64,000 nt of DNA from Eledone cirrhosa (taxonomy: Eukaryota). The stretch spans positions 298,096,001-298,160,000 of the forward strand of contig OZ024740.1 of assembly GCA_964016885.1 (NCBI GenBank), given 5' to 3'. Below are positions 24,325-37,200 of the stretch, piece after piece; the first letter of the stretch is position 1; every line of letters begins with the position of its first letter. Made by a program: the position numbers and the translations under genes. The notes beneath the pieces were generated by a model. The model did no database searches and had not been told where the DNA came from. It worked only from the letters and a program-made list of their open reading frames with translations.

Positions 24325-24742
24325 TAACCCCGGTACCGCGGCCCGCTATGCAGAGGAATAAAAGATAAACAAATACCGGGGATTGTCCTGCCGCTTCCTC
24401 TTCGCACTGGTCGCCGTCGAGACCTCAGGCGTACTTGGATCCCGTACTGCCGAGCTCCTCCGCAAGATCGGAACGTTGGAGCCCCGTCTGAGGAATGAGC
24501 CATGCGAGGGGGAGTGGCTGTTGCAGCGGGTGTCACTCGCCATTGTCCGCAGGGATGCTTGTGCGGTCTTGTCCGCGGAGCGCAGCCCCTTTACCGCCGT
24601 GCCCTAGGTCCAGAACCCAATCAACCCTCCCCATTCTTCTGTGACACTAGAGCCCTTGCCATTCCTTTCCTTTTCGGTGTTTTTCTTTATATTTTTCTAT
24701 TTTACATTCCATTCTTTCTCAATCTAAATTTTCTTTAATAAA
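24325..24742 (+). mobile_element. CRE-clade fragment (diverged subfamily)
   Basis: PGTAARYAEE*KINKYRG..VAVETSGVLG..EWLLQRVSLAIVR. Confidence 0.8.
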
Positions 24743-24775
24743 TCTATAACACTTACAAAATAAAATATTTGAATA

Positions 24776-24923
24776 ATAGTTTCTTATATAGGCACAAGGC
24801 CAGCAATTTTGGGGGAGGGGAAAGTCGATTAAATCGACCCCAGTGCGTGACTGGTACTTTATCTTATCGACCCCGTAAGGATGAAAGGCAAAATCAACCT
24901 CGGCGGGATTTGAACTCAGATCG
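24776..24923 (-). mobile_element. SINE family A, 5'-truncated
   Basis: Reverse complement of the core and tail. Confidence 0.85.
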
Positions 24924-25193
24924 TTTAAAAAATAAACATTATTTAATACAAATTTTATTGTATGTATGTATGGACCCGTAACTCCTGAGGCAGTCGGAGG
25001 GGCACCATATTGACATCCGGCGTTTCTAGGGAATTTAAAACCTGACGGAGCCCATCTCCTCTCCAGGTCTGAATACAACAGATTTCTTCCAGAGAAGGAT
25101 AGAGAGTGAGAGAGAATGGATGTGAGAAAGGCATAACAAACTGCAACATATTGGAAGAGATGACAATAGAAGACACAATATATAGTGAAAATA

Positions 25194-25551
25194 CTCTCGG
25201 GTCCCAAATGATAGGGGTACATTAAAATAAACAGGGGAGGGGGGATAAGCGGGGGGGGGGGGATAATTTTTTTTAGGTTGTCTCCATTGATTTTTTTTTT
25301 TTTTTAAGAACCAGAATTAATCGCTTAGTTTACATATTGAGGCCCCCATCCCATCCTATTTATTTTATAACGTATGAGATTTCTTCTGATGTACTTTTTT
25401 TGTCATGTCTAAAGAAAATTAATTGTCGCAGGAATGCTACCACTTATATTAAAATTTCGCTGGAGCTAGATTAATAAGCGGGGGTGGGGGTCCTGAAAAA
25501 TTAATAAGCGTCGCGGATGTGGGGAGGGGGTGATTATTCAAGATCCAAGAG
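25194..25551. mobile_element. TA-flanked MITE family B (other copies at ~28610-29048, 29273-29366, 29848-30005, 63283-63565)
   Basis: TA|CTCTCGGGTCCCAAATGAT ... ATTATTCAAGATCCAAGAG|TA imperfect TIRs, with shared internal TTAATAAGCG motifs. Confidence 0.75.
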
Positions 25552-25709
25552 TAGGTAATTACAAATGTCTAGGCCTGAAAGTTAACATGCAAAATATAGA
25601 ATATTTAAGAAAATTAATAATAGTGGGGTAGAATTGTTTCAGAAAGAGCAGCAATATATTTTGTGGCAAAAAAAAAATGACTTTGTCATAGCGTTATTTA
25701 ATGTTGTGA

Positions 25710-25935
25710 AGACGCTTGGCATAGTGGTAAGTGTCGTGGGTTCGATTCCTGGGCTGGGTGTGTGTTGTGTCTTGAGCAAAACACTTCATTTCTCGTTGCT
25801 CCAGTATACTCAGCTGAAAGTGAGGGGTTTAACTCTGCGATATACTGGCGTTATGTCCAGTAGCAAGTCTTGTACTCTCAGTCGCTTCCTCCCACGAAAC
25901 CGGGATAAACACCGGCCTGACCAACCTCCTGGCTT
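25710..25935 (+). mobile_element. tRNA-derived SINE family C (relatives at ~16930-17040 minus, 21950-22110, 39663-39860, 39915-40065 minus, 62938-63210)
   Basis: A-box TGGCATAGTGGT, B-box GGTTCGATTCC, then GTCTTGAGCAA.ACACTT.ATTTC.CGTTGCTCCAGT. Confidence 0.8.
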
Positions 25936-26017
25936 GAGACAAATTTATCTAATATTCCTTTGAAAACATGGTGACTTGAGCTCCAGCCTCACGTAACTCC
26001 GGCTGACAGTACCTGAA

Positions 26018-27191
26018 ATGGGCTACTATCCAGGGTTGTGTCCTCTTGACTCAGAAACATTAGGTTAGTTTTGTGCCTGTGTTCAGGTAAAGGAGAAAAT
26101 TTATCAAATAAATGCTTAACTATTTGTTCCAGTTCAAATCTCGCCGAGGTCAACTTTGCCTTTCATCCTTCCGAGGTCGAGAAAATAAAGAATAATCGAC
26201 TCCTTCGCCACTAAAACATTGCTGGCCTTGTGCCAAAATTAGAAACTATTATGGTTGATTATGAATGGAGACTGTGTTGGAACGTGTGAAATACTTTTGA
26301 TATTTGTCACAGTGCAGACTATTCTACGAATTGTATTGTATATTGTTTTACTGACTGAAATAACGTCATGCTACATAGAAAGACAATATTTTGATGACAT
26401 TTTGGGTCAGTTGCAGATCAAATGTGTAATGTCTTCCACAGAGGTATGATGCAATCGACATTTTCGGTTGTATGTAGGGTGGGTGTGAGGTGTTACAGAA
26501 TTCACTATCTCTTTTGTTCAATAGGTATGTTATAGTTGTTTCCTGCTCTTGTAATTTCAAATGTATATAACCTTCGAAATGTGACGTGTTACAGAATTCA
26601 CTATCTCTTTTGTTCAATAGGTATGTTATAGTTGTTTCCTGCTCTTGTAATTTCAAATGTATATAACCTTCGAAATGTGACGTGTTTATAAGGGTCACCA
26701 ATTGAAGAGAGGTTGGATTTCTAATCGATAGTGATATCATTCTTAAGTTTTCGGAAAACATACCCCCATCGTCATCGGTGACAGCGACGTCGGCGGCGGC
26801 GGCATCATCACCATCTTTATTTTCATCATCCTCATCATCATTCAACATCCGTTTTCCATGCTGGCAAGGACGATTGTTTAGTTATTGTTGATTGCCAAAG
26901 CTCTTTCGCCACTTATTCTGTGACCTCCTCAGTGATTAATTTTGTAGTTATTTTGTGTCTCTCCTTTGTTATCTCATACACAGAATTTGTGACGAAAGAG
27001 ATTTGACAATCAACAACAACTAAACAACCATTTGGTTATTAAACTAACTGACTGAGAGTTTATAATAAATTGAAGTGAAAACCAACAGATGCGTGTGTTT
27101 TTATTGGTAGCATGACCCTCCCAAAGTATAACAATATCTGTTAAAACACGTTTTCAGATAAAAAAATCTTGCGAAACAAATACAAAAACGA

Positions 27192-27255
<64 letters not shown>

Positions 27256-27529
27256 ACTTTAACGTGGGGTTTACCTCAACTGTATGCCAGTATGTGTGGA
27301 CCCGTAACTCCTGCAGAGGTCGTAGAGGCATTACAGGAACATGCCATGCCATTCATGATATACACAGTCAGAAAAAACAACGATGAACAATTACACCCTT
27401 TAATGATACACGCTTCGTATATTATTTAGGAGTGTCGCAAACAAATCTGCTGCTACTTTCTAGATATTAGAGATTATTTTAACATGGAATTCATTCCTGC
27501 TTGTGTAGTTCCCAATCAGATTTTGTGCA
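26018..27529 (+). CDS. Candidate spliced host gene fragment (exons 26018-26063, 26313-26443, 26693-26711?, 27464-27529), product unknown
   Basis: Kozak GAAATGG. GT/AG sites with compatible phases give MGYYPGLCPLDSETLVQTILRIVLYIVLLTEITSCYIERQYFDDILGQLQIKCVMSSTEGHQLKRDIRDYFNMEFIPACVVPNQILC. No homology recognised. Confidence 0.3.
26490..26685. repeat. Perfect 96-bp tandem duplication
   Basis: GTGTTACAGAATTCAC...GAAATGTGAC repeated with a period of 96. Confidence 0.95.
26873..27195. mobile_element. pLTR-only Penelope derivative (short inverted arm + direct pLTR), hammerhead core at 26891-26938 (minus)
   Basis: Minus strand CTGAGGA-G-GTCAC..GTGGC-GAAAGAGCTTTGG, inverted partner at 26979-27028, and the end ATGACCCTCCCAAAGTATAACAATAT. 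Confidence 0.7.
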
Positions 27530-27749
27530 GTAAGTTTACATTTAGTGCTAAATATAGATGCATTTACATGGGAAATGATGATTAAGAGACTTAAAACACT
27601 CATAAAATGTTTAAAATATGCATTACAAATGCTTTTCAGACCCAGAACATAATACACTGGGTCGTGACACCTGCCTCAACGTCTTATGTTGTTCTAAAAT
27701 TTCCTTAAAATATACTTTGAAAATGATTCATTATTAATGATAGCGTCAG

Positions 27750-28155
27750 GACGGTGGATTGGCAATATCGATAGAGGGTCCGACGCCATGCTTTGCAGCA
27801 TAGAGTTGCGGCTCTTTATAATCTGAGTTCAAATCCCGCCGAGGTTAACTTTGCCTTTCTTCCTTACGGGGTCGATAAAATAAAGTACCAGTCACGCACT
27901 GGGGTCGATTTAATCGACTTTCCCCTCCCCCAAAATGATGGCCTTGTGCCTATATAAAAAACCCTTTTTAATGATGATTGGCAGTATCGGTAGAAAGTCG
28001 GACACCATGCTTTCCAGCATAGTTACGTCCCTTTACGGTCTGAGTTCAAATCCCGTCGAGGTTAACTTTGCCTTTCATCCTTACGAGGTCGATAAAATAA
28101 AGTACCAGTAATGTACTAGGTAATTGCAGGCCTTGTGCCAAAAGTAGAAACAATT
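27750..28155 (+). mobile_element. Two tandem SINE family A copies
   Basis: Two consensus matches with flanking duplication TTATTAATGATAGC. Confidence 0.9.
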
Positions 28156-29380
28156 ATTAATGATAGCATCAGACAAATGCTTAACAGCAAATGTGATGAA
28201 GGTATGACTGAAAAAGTTCATTAGAAACGCCTCTCATTTTCTTTAGAATTTTTATTTTGGAATCCAGCAATGATCGTTCAATAGTTTGTGTCAAAATGAC
28301 ACATCTATACAAATAGTTTAATAGCATTATTGTAAGTAAAATTGCTGGCCTTGTGCCTAAAGTAGAAACAATTATTGTAAGTAAATAATTGTTACGCTAA
28401 TGGCAGGACGATACTGATGTGTATGTTGATTGATTGCCTATATTATATAGACAGGGTGATTGCTCTTTTATATAGACATGCCACTCCGGTCTAAAAAGAA
28501 TGGAAAAAAAGGAAAGCACACAAAGGTAATATGTTCATACGATGAAAGATAACAAAACAACAGATGAGGTCTCGGTAGACAGATCAGATTATTCCACAGC
28601 GTTGACTATTCTCGGGTCCCAAATATTCAATGAATTTATATTATTGTGTTTATTATACACGATTTAGACATTATATTTGTAATGTCCTTCTGAACGAATT
28701 GCGAGAAATTTATAATATTATTTAAGCATCTGTAATGTTATTTATGTATATATTTAAAACATTATTGCAATGGTATTCTACTGTAAATTTATACAATTGT
28801 AATAAAACCCATATATTACTTACATGGGGAGGGGGGGGGGGTAAGCAGAGGGAGGGGGAATAAGCGGAGGGGTTGTATAATGTTTTTTAATGTCTAAAGA
28901 AAATTAATCCTCACAGGAATGCTACCTCTTAAAATAAAATTTCAGCGGAGATGGATTAGCAAAATTTAATAAGGGGTGGAGGTGTGTGTGTGTGTGTGTG
29001 TGTGTGAATGTGTGTGAAGGGGGGAGGTGATTATTCGAAACTTGAGTGTATGAATAGTACGTTAAACGGCACACTAACTGGGACAGATCTGATTAAAGTA
29101 ATCTATCCTCAAAGGTATTCCAGTTTTGATAATCTCGTCGACTTTTCGGTCACGAAACATTTGGTTAGCGGTGAGAATTTAAGAAGATTTGGCCACTATT
29201 TCTAGCAGTTAGTGGACCACATAGAAGTGCTGCAAATCTTATAAGTGAAGGCAGGAGAGTAGGGAAATGCGTACTCTCGGGTCTCAAATAAGATGGGTTT
29301 GGAATAAGTGCGGGAGATCTGAAAAATTAATTAGCGGGGGAGGGACGATTGTTCGAGACCCGTGATTACGCATAATCAAA

Positions 29381-29835
29381 TGTTTCTACTTTTGACACAA
29401 GGCCCAAATAGTTTCTAATTTAGGTACAAGGGCAACAATTTGTAGGGTGGGGAAAGCCGATTACATCGCCCCAGTACGTGACTAGCACTTTATTGCATTT
29501 ACCCCGGAAGAATGAAAGGCAAAGTTGACCTCGGAGTGATTTGAACTCAAAACACAAAAGGTCGTAACTAAATGCTGCAAAGCATTTTGTCCGAAGCTCT
29601 AAACATTGTGTCAATCCGCCGCCCTAAACACATATAATTAATTATACATACAAGGGTGGTGGAGTGATAGAATAGTTAGAGTCTGACAAAATGCTTTGCA
29701 GATTTAGTTAGTTCTTTACGTTCTGAGTTCAAATCCCAGCGAAATCAACTTAGCTTTTCATCCTTCTTAAGTCGATAAAAAAAAAGCACCAGTCAAGTAC
29801 TGGGGCTGATATAATTGCTTACCTCCCACCTATAT
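29381..29835. mobile_element. Divergently oriented pair of older SINE A copies (29381-29625 minus; 29656-29835 plus)
   Basis: B-box and core on opposite strands. Confidence 0.75.
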
Positions 29836-30019
29836 TAGAACTCAAACTTTCGGGTCCTAAATAATAGGGAAAGGGGAATAAGCGGGAGTGGGTGAGGTGG
29901 AAAAATCGATAATTTTTCTAGGTTGTATCCCTTCAATAAAAAAAAAAAAAAAAGAATTAGTCGTTTAGTTTATATGTTGAGAGCCCAATCCGTCCTATTT
30001 ATTTTGCGGTCGAGCCTGC

Positions 30020-30215
30020 GTCAGTGGAGACTTCTGGTGTGCTTGTCCTTAGGACCACCTCCCTTCTCACCACCATCGGCACAGAGTTGGCTACCCGCAG
30101 GTGTGGGCCTCACGAGTTGGAAGGGCTCTTCCAGCGCGTTTCCCTCACCAAACCCCGAGAAGACGCCTTCTCTATTCTATCTGCTGGGGTCGCGCGGCGG
30201 CCAGCGCATGGGCTC
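30020..30215 (+). mobile_element. CRE-clade 3' fragment
   Basis: VETSG..RTTSLLTTIGTELATRRCGPHELEGLFQRVSL..AFSILSAG. Confidence 0.8.
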
Positions 30216-30293
30216 CCATTTGCTTATAACAGTGAGAGATGGGGAAAGGCGGGGGCAATGACAGTAGGAATTTGATTCCATTATGTTCAGACC

Positions 30294-31076
30294 TGGTGGA
30301 TTGGCAGTATCGGTAGAGGGTCGGACGCCATGCTTTGCAGCAAAGAGTTACGGCCCTTTATGCTCTGAGTTGAAATCCCGCCGAGGTTAATTTTGCCTTT
30401 CATCCTTACAGGGTCGATAAAATAAAGTACCAGTAATACACTGGGTAATTGCTGGCCTTGTGCCAAAAGTAGAAACAATTATGTTCGGACCTGGTGTATA
30501 TGTACATATTTATTTACCGCACCACATTTCATTAGGCTGTTTCCAACCGGTTTCCTATTTATGATATAACGTATAGAGGTCGGTGGATTGGCTTTGGCAG
30601 TATCGGTAGAGGGTCTGACGCCATGCTTTACAGCATAGAGTTATGGCCCTTCATGATCTGAGTTCAAATCTCGCCGAGGTTAACTTTGCCTTTCATCCTT
30701 ACGGGGTCGATAAAATAAAGTACCAGTCCCGCACTGGGGCCGATTTAATCGCCCCCCCCCCCCACCTCAAAATTGCTGGCTTGTGCCGACGTTAATTGAT
30801 ATACTGACTAGTCGTAGTAGTAGTAAGTAGTAGAGATAGTGATTGCGGGGCGGAGAGTCCAAACTGGATGGTTGGGAGGATATAGAGTAAAGTGGAAGGT
30901 GTTGGTAGAGGGTCGGACACCATGATTTGCTGCATCGAGTTACGTTCCTTTACAGTCTGAGTTCAAATCCCGCCGAGGTTAACTTTGCCTTTCATCTTTA
31001 CGGTGTCGATAAAATAAAGTACCAGTAATGTACTAGGGTAATTGCTGGCCTTGTGTCAAAAGTAGAAACAATTATT
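30294..31076 (+). mobile_element. Three SINE family A copies (30294-30480, 30579-30788, 30903-31076)
   Basis: Consensus matches. The first has TSD ATTATGTTC(A/G)GACCTGGTG. Confidence 0.9.
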
Positions 31077-31299
31077 TGAAGTGAAGTGAGAAGGGGTGGT
31101 CTATAGTATAGTTACTTTACCTGGGTGGGAGTAAATGGTGAAGATGGGGTGGGTTATGAAATGGAGGATGAGATTATAGAATGTAAAGTGTGGAAAGGTT
31201 TTGTCATTTAGAAGATTGTTTATTGAATTGAATTCAGCATGATGGTGGCGGTGGCGGTGGTGGTATGACAATGATGGTAGTGGTGGTGGTTCGGTAGTA

Positions 31300-34200
31300 T
31301 AGTAGTAGTGATTGTGACGGTGGTAGTGGAGATGGTGGTTGTAGTAGTGGAGATTGTGACAGTGATGGTGGAGGTTGTAGTAGTAGAGATTGTGACAGTG
31401 GTGGTGGTGGTGGAGGTGGTGGTTGTAGTAGTGGAGATTGTGACAGTGGTGGTGGAGGGGGTGGTTGTAGTAGTGGAGATTGTGACAGTGGTGGTGGTGG
31501 TTGTAGTAGTGGAGATTGTGACAGTGGTGGTGGTGGTGGTGGTTGTAGTAGTGGAGATTGTGACAGTGGTGGTGGGGGTGGTGGTGGTTGTAGTAGTGGA
31601 GATTGTGACAGTGGTGGTGGTGGAGATGGTGGTTGTAGTAATGGGGATTGTGACAGTGGTGGTGGTGGTGGTGGTTGTAGTAGTGGAGATTGTGACAGTG
31701 GTGGTGGTGGTGGTGGTGGTTGTAGTGGAGATTGTGACAGTGGTGGTGGTGGTGGTGGTGGTTGTAGTGGAGATTGTGACAGAGGTGGTGGAGGTGGTGG
31801 TTGTAGTAGTGGAGATTGTGACAGTGGTGGAGGTGGTGGTTGTAGTAGTGGAGATTGTGACAGTGGTGGTGGTGGAGGTGGTGGTTGTAGTAGTGGAGAT
31901 TGTGACAGTGATGGTGGAGGTGGTGGTTGTAGTAGTGGAGATTGTGACAGTGGTGGTGGTGGTGGTTGTAGTAGTGGAGATTGTGACAGTGGTGGTGGAG
32001 ATGGTGGTTGTAGTAGTGGAGATTGTGACGGTGGTGGTGGTGGTGGTGGTTGTAGTAGTGGAGATTGTGACAGTGGTGATGGTGATGGTGGTGGTTGTAG
32101 TAGTGGAGATTGTGACAGTGGTGGTGGTGGTGGTGGTTGTAGTAGTGGAGATTGTGACAGTGGTGGTGGTGATGGTGGTTGTAGTAGTGGAGATTGTGAC
32201 AGTGGTGGTGGAGATGGTGGTTGTAGTAGTGGAGATTGTGACAGTGGTGGTGGAGATGGTGGTTGTAGTAGTGGAGATTGTGACAGTGGTGGTGGTGGTG
32301 GTGGTTGTAGTAGTGGAGATTGTGACAGTGGTGGTGGTGGTGGTGGTTGTAGTAGTGGAGATTGTGACAGTGGTGATGGTGGAGGTGGTGGTTGTAGTAG
32401 TGGAGATTGTGACAGTGGTGGTGGAGGGGGTGGTTGTAGTAGTGGAGATTGTGACAGTGGTGGTGGTGGTGGTGGTTGTAGTAGTGGAGATTGTGACAGT
32501 GGTGGTGGTGGTGGTGGTGGTGGTTGTAGTGGAGATTGTGACAGTGGTGGTGGTGGTGGTGGTGGTTGTAGTGGAGATTGTGACAGAGGTGGTGGAGGTG
32601 GTGGTTGTAGTAGTGGAGATTGTGACAGTGGTGGAGGTGGTGGTTGTAGTAGTGGAGATTGTGACAGTGGTGGTGGTGGAGGTGGTGGTTGTAGTAGTGG
32701 AGATTGTGACAGTGATGGTGGAGGTGGTGGTTGTAGTAGTGGAGATTGTGACAGTGGTGGTGGTGGTGGTGGTTGTAGTAGTGGAGATTGTGACAGTGGT
32801 GGTGGAGATGGTGGTTGTAGTAGTGGAGATTGTGACAGTGTTGGTGGTGGTGGTGGTTGTAGTAGTGGAGATTGTGACAGTGGTGGTGGTGGTGGTGGTT
32901 GTAGTAGTGGAGATTGTGACAGTGTTGGTGGTGGTGGTGGTTGTAGTAGTGGAGAGTGTGACAGTGGTGGTGGTGGTTGTAGTAGTGGCGATTGTGACAG
33001 TGGTGGTGGTGGTTGTAGTAGTGGAGATTGTGACAGTGGTGGTGGAGATTGTGGTTATAGTAGTGGAGATTGTGATAGTGGTGGTGGAGATTGTGGTTGT
33101 AGTAGTGGAGATTGTGACAGTGGTGGTGGAGGTGGTGGTTGTAGTAGTGGAGATTGTGACAGTGGTGGTGGAGATGGTGGTGTTGTAGTAGTGGGGATTG
33201 TGACAGTGGTGGTGGAGGGGGTTGTTGTAGTAGTGGAGATGTGACAGTGGTGGTGGAGATGGTGGTTGTAGTAGTGGAGATTGTGAAAGTGGTGGTGGTG
33301 AAGGTGGTTGTAGTAGTGGAGATTGTGACAGTGGTGGTGGTGGGGGTGGTTGTAGTAGTGGAGATTGTGACAGTGGTGGTGGTGGAGATAGTGGTTGTAG
33401 TAGTGGAGATTGTGACAGTGGTGGTGGAGGGGGTGGTTGTAGTAGTGGAGATTGTGACAGTGGTGGTGGTGGTGGTGGTGGTTGTAGTAGTGGAGATTGT
33501 GACAGTGATGGTGGTGGTGGTGGTTGTAGTAGTGGAGATTGTGACAGTGGTGGTGGAGGTGGTGGTTGTAGTAGTGGAGATTGTGACAGTGGTGGTGGAG
33601 GTGGTGGTTGTAGTAGTGGAGATTGTGACAGTGGTGGAGGTGATGGTGGTTGTAGTAGTGGAGATTGTGACAGTGATGGTGGTGGTGGTGGTTGTAGTAG
33701 TGGAGATTGTGACAGTGGTGGTGGTGGTGGTGGTGGTTGTAGTAGTGGAGATTGTGACAGTGGTGGTGGTGATGGTGGTTGTAGTAGTGGAGATTGTGAC
33801 AGTGGTGGTGGTGATGGTGGTTGTAGTAGTGGAGATTGTGACAGTGGTGGTGGAGGTGGTGGTTGTATTAGTGGAGATTGTGACAGTGGTGGTGGTGATG
33901 GTGGTTGTAGTAGTGGAGATTGTGACAGTGGTGGTGGAGATGGTGGTTGTAGTAGTGGAGATTGTGACAGTGTTGGTGGTGATGGTGGTTGTAGTAGTGG
34001 AGATTGTGACAGTGATGGTGGTGGTGGTGGTTGTAGTAGTGGAGATTGTGACAGTGGTGGTGGTGGTGGTGGTTGTAGTAGTGGAGATTGTGACAGTGGT
34101 GGTGGTGTTGGTGGTTGTAGTAGTGGAGATTGTGACAGTGATGGTGGTGGTGGTGGTTGTAGTAGTGGAGATTGTGACAGTGGTGGTGGTGGTGGTGGTT

Positions 34201-37200
34201 GTAGTAGTGGAGATTGTGACAGTGGTGGTGGTGATGGTGGTTGTAGTAGTGGAGATTGTGACAGTGGTGGTGGTGGTGGTGGTTGTAGTAGTGGAGATTG
34301 TGACAGTGGTGGTGGTGGTGGTGGTTGTAGTAGTGGAGATTGTGACAGTGATGGTGGTGGTGGTAGTTGTAGTAGTGGAGATTGTGACAGTGGTGGTGGT
34401 GGTGGTGGTTGTAGTAGTGGAGATTGTGACAGTGGTGGTGGTGGTTGTAGTAGTGGAGATTGTGACTGGTGGTGGTGATGGTGGTTGTAGTAGTGGAGAT
34501 TGTGACAGTGGTGGTGGAGGTGGTGGTTGTAGTAGTGGAGATTGTGACAGTGGTGGTGGGGGTGGGGGTTGTAGTAGTGGAGATTGTGACAGTGGTGGTG
34601 GAGGTGGTGGTTGTAGTAGTGGAGATTGTGACAGTGGTGGTGATGGTGGTGGTTGTAGTAGTGGAGATTGTGACAGTGGTGGTGGTGGTGGTGGTGGTTG
34701 TAGTAGTGGAGAGTGTGACAGTGGTGGTGGAGTTGGTGGTGGTTGTAGTAGTGGAGATTGTGACAGTGGTGGTGGTGATGGTGGTTGTAGTAGTGGAGAT
34801 TGTGACAGTGCTGGTGGTGGTGGTGGTGGTTGTAGTAGTGGAGATTGTGACAGTGGTGGTGGTGATGGTGGTTGTAGTAGTGGAGATTGTGGTGGTGGTG
34901 GTGGTGGTTGTAGTAGTGGAGATTGTGACAGTGGTGGTGGAGGTGGTGGTTGTAGTAGTGGAGATTGTGACAGTGGTGGTGGAGATGGTGGTGTTGTAGT
35001 AGTGGAGATTGTGACAGTGGTGGTGGTGGTGGTGGTGGTTGTAGTAGTGGAGATTGTGACAGTGGTGGTGGAGGTGGTGGTTGTAGTAGTGGAGATTGTG
35101 ACAGTGGTGATGGTGGTTGTAGTAGTGGAGATTGTGACAGTGGTGGTGGAGGTGGTGGTTGTAGTAGTGGAGATTGTGACAGTGGTGGTGGTGGTGGTGG
35201 TGGTTGTAGTAGTGGAGATTGTGACAGTGGTGGTGGTGATGGTGGTTGTAGTAGTGGAGATTGTGACAGTGGTGGTGGAGGTGGTGGTTGTAGTAGTGGA
35301 GATTGTGACAGTGGTGGTGGTGGTGGTGGTTGTAGTAGTGGAGATTGTGACAGTGGTGGTGGTGGTGGTGGTTGTAGTATTGGAGATTGTGACAGTGGTG
35401 GTGGTGGTGGTGGTGGTTGTAGTAGTGGAGATTGTGACAGTGGTGGTGGTGGTGGTGGTGGTGGTAGTAGTGGAGATTGTGACAGTGGTGGTGGTGGTGG
35501 TGATGGTGGTTGTAGTAGTGGAGATTGTGACAGTGGTGGTGGTGGTGGTGGTTGTAGTAGTGGAGATTGTGACAGTGGTGGTGGTGGTTGTGGTTGTAGT
35601 AGTGGACATTGCGACAGTGGTGGTGGTGGAAGTGGTGGTTGTAGTAGTGGAGATTGTGACAGTGGTGGTGGTGATGTGGTGGTTGTAGTAGTGGAGATTG
35701 TGACAGTGGTGGTGGTGATGTGGTGGTTGTAGTAGTGGAGATTGTGACAGTGGTGGTGGTGGTGGTTGTAGTAGTGGGTATTGTGACAGTGGTGGTGGTG
35801 GTGATTGTAGTAGTGGGTATTGTGACAGTGGTGGTGGTGGTGGTGGTGGTTGTAGTAGTGGAGATTGTGACAGTGGTGGTGGTGGTTGTAGTAGTGGAGA
35901 TTGTGACAGTGGTGGTGGTGGACGTGGTGGTTGTAGTAGTGGAGATTGTGACAGTGGTGGTGGTGATGGTGGTTGTAGTAGTGGAGATTGTGACAGTGGT
36001 GGTGGAGGTGGTGGTTGTAGTAGTGGAGATTGTGACAGTGGTGGTGGAGATGGTGGTGTTGTAGTAGTGGAGATTGTGACAGTGGTGGTGGAGGTGGTGG
36101 TTGTAGTAGTGGAGATTGTGACAGTGGTGGTGGTGGTGGTGGTTGTAGTAGAGGAGATTGTGACAGTGGTGGTGGTGGTGGTGGTTGTAGTAGTGGAGAT
36201 TGTGACAGTGGTGGTGGTGGTGGTGGTTGTAGTAGTGGAGATTGTGACAGTGGTGGTGGTGGACGTGGTGGTTGTAGTAGTGGAGATTGTGACAGTGGTG
36301 GTGGTGGACGTGGTGGTTGTAGTAGTGGAGATTGTGACAGTGGTGGTGGTGATGGTGGTTGTAGTAGTGGAGATTGTGACAGTGGTGGTGGAGGTGGTGG
36401 TTGTAGTAGTGGAGATTGTGACAGTGGTGGTGGAGATGGTGGTGTTGTAGTAGTGGAGATTGTGACTGGTGGTGGAGGTGGTGGTTGTAGTAGTGGAGAT
36501 TGTGACAGTGGTGGTGGAGGTGGTGGTTGTAGTAGTGGAGATTGTGACAGTGGTGGTGGTGGTGGTGGTTGTAGTAGTGGAGATTGTGACAGTGGTGGTT
36601 GTAGTAGTGGAGATTGTGACAGTGGTGGTGGAGGTGGTGGTTGTAGTAGTGGAGATTGTGACAGTGGTGTTGGTGGTGATGGTGGTTGTAGTAGTGGAGA
36701 TTGTGACAGTGGTGGTGGAGGTGGTGGTTGTAGTAGTGGAGATTGTGACAGTGGTGTTGGTGGTGATGGTGGTTGTAGTAGTGGAGATTGTGACAGTGGT
36801 GGTGGTAGTGGTTGTAGTAGTGGGTATTGTGACAGTGGTGGTGGTGGTGGTGGTGGTTGTAGTAGTGGAGATTGTGACAGTGATGGTGGTGGTGGTGGTT
36901 GTAGTAGTGGAGATTGTGACAGTGGTGGTGGAGGTGGTGGTTGTAGTAGTGGAGATTGTGACAGTGGTGTTGGTGGTGATGGTGGTTGTAGTAGTGGAGA
37001 TTGTGACAGTGGTGGTGGTGGTGGTGGTGGTTGTAGTAGTGGAGATTGTGACAGTGATGGTGGAGGTGGTGGTTGTAGTAGTGGAGATTGTGACAGTGGT
37101 GGTGATGGTGGTGGTTGTAGTAGTGGAGATTGTGACAGTGGTGGTGGTGGTGGTGGTGGTTGTAGTAGTGGAGATTGTGACAGTGGTGGTGGAGGTGGTG

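Noticed and set aside
26366-26848. Minus-strand ORF with SHFEGYIHL resembling CRESS Rep motif II
   Set aside because: There are no correctly spaced motifs I/III or helicase motifs. The length comes from a 96-bp duplication and a (GAT)n tail.
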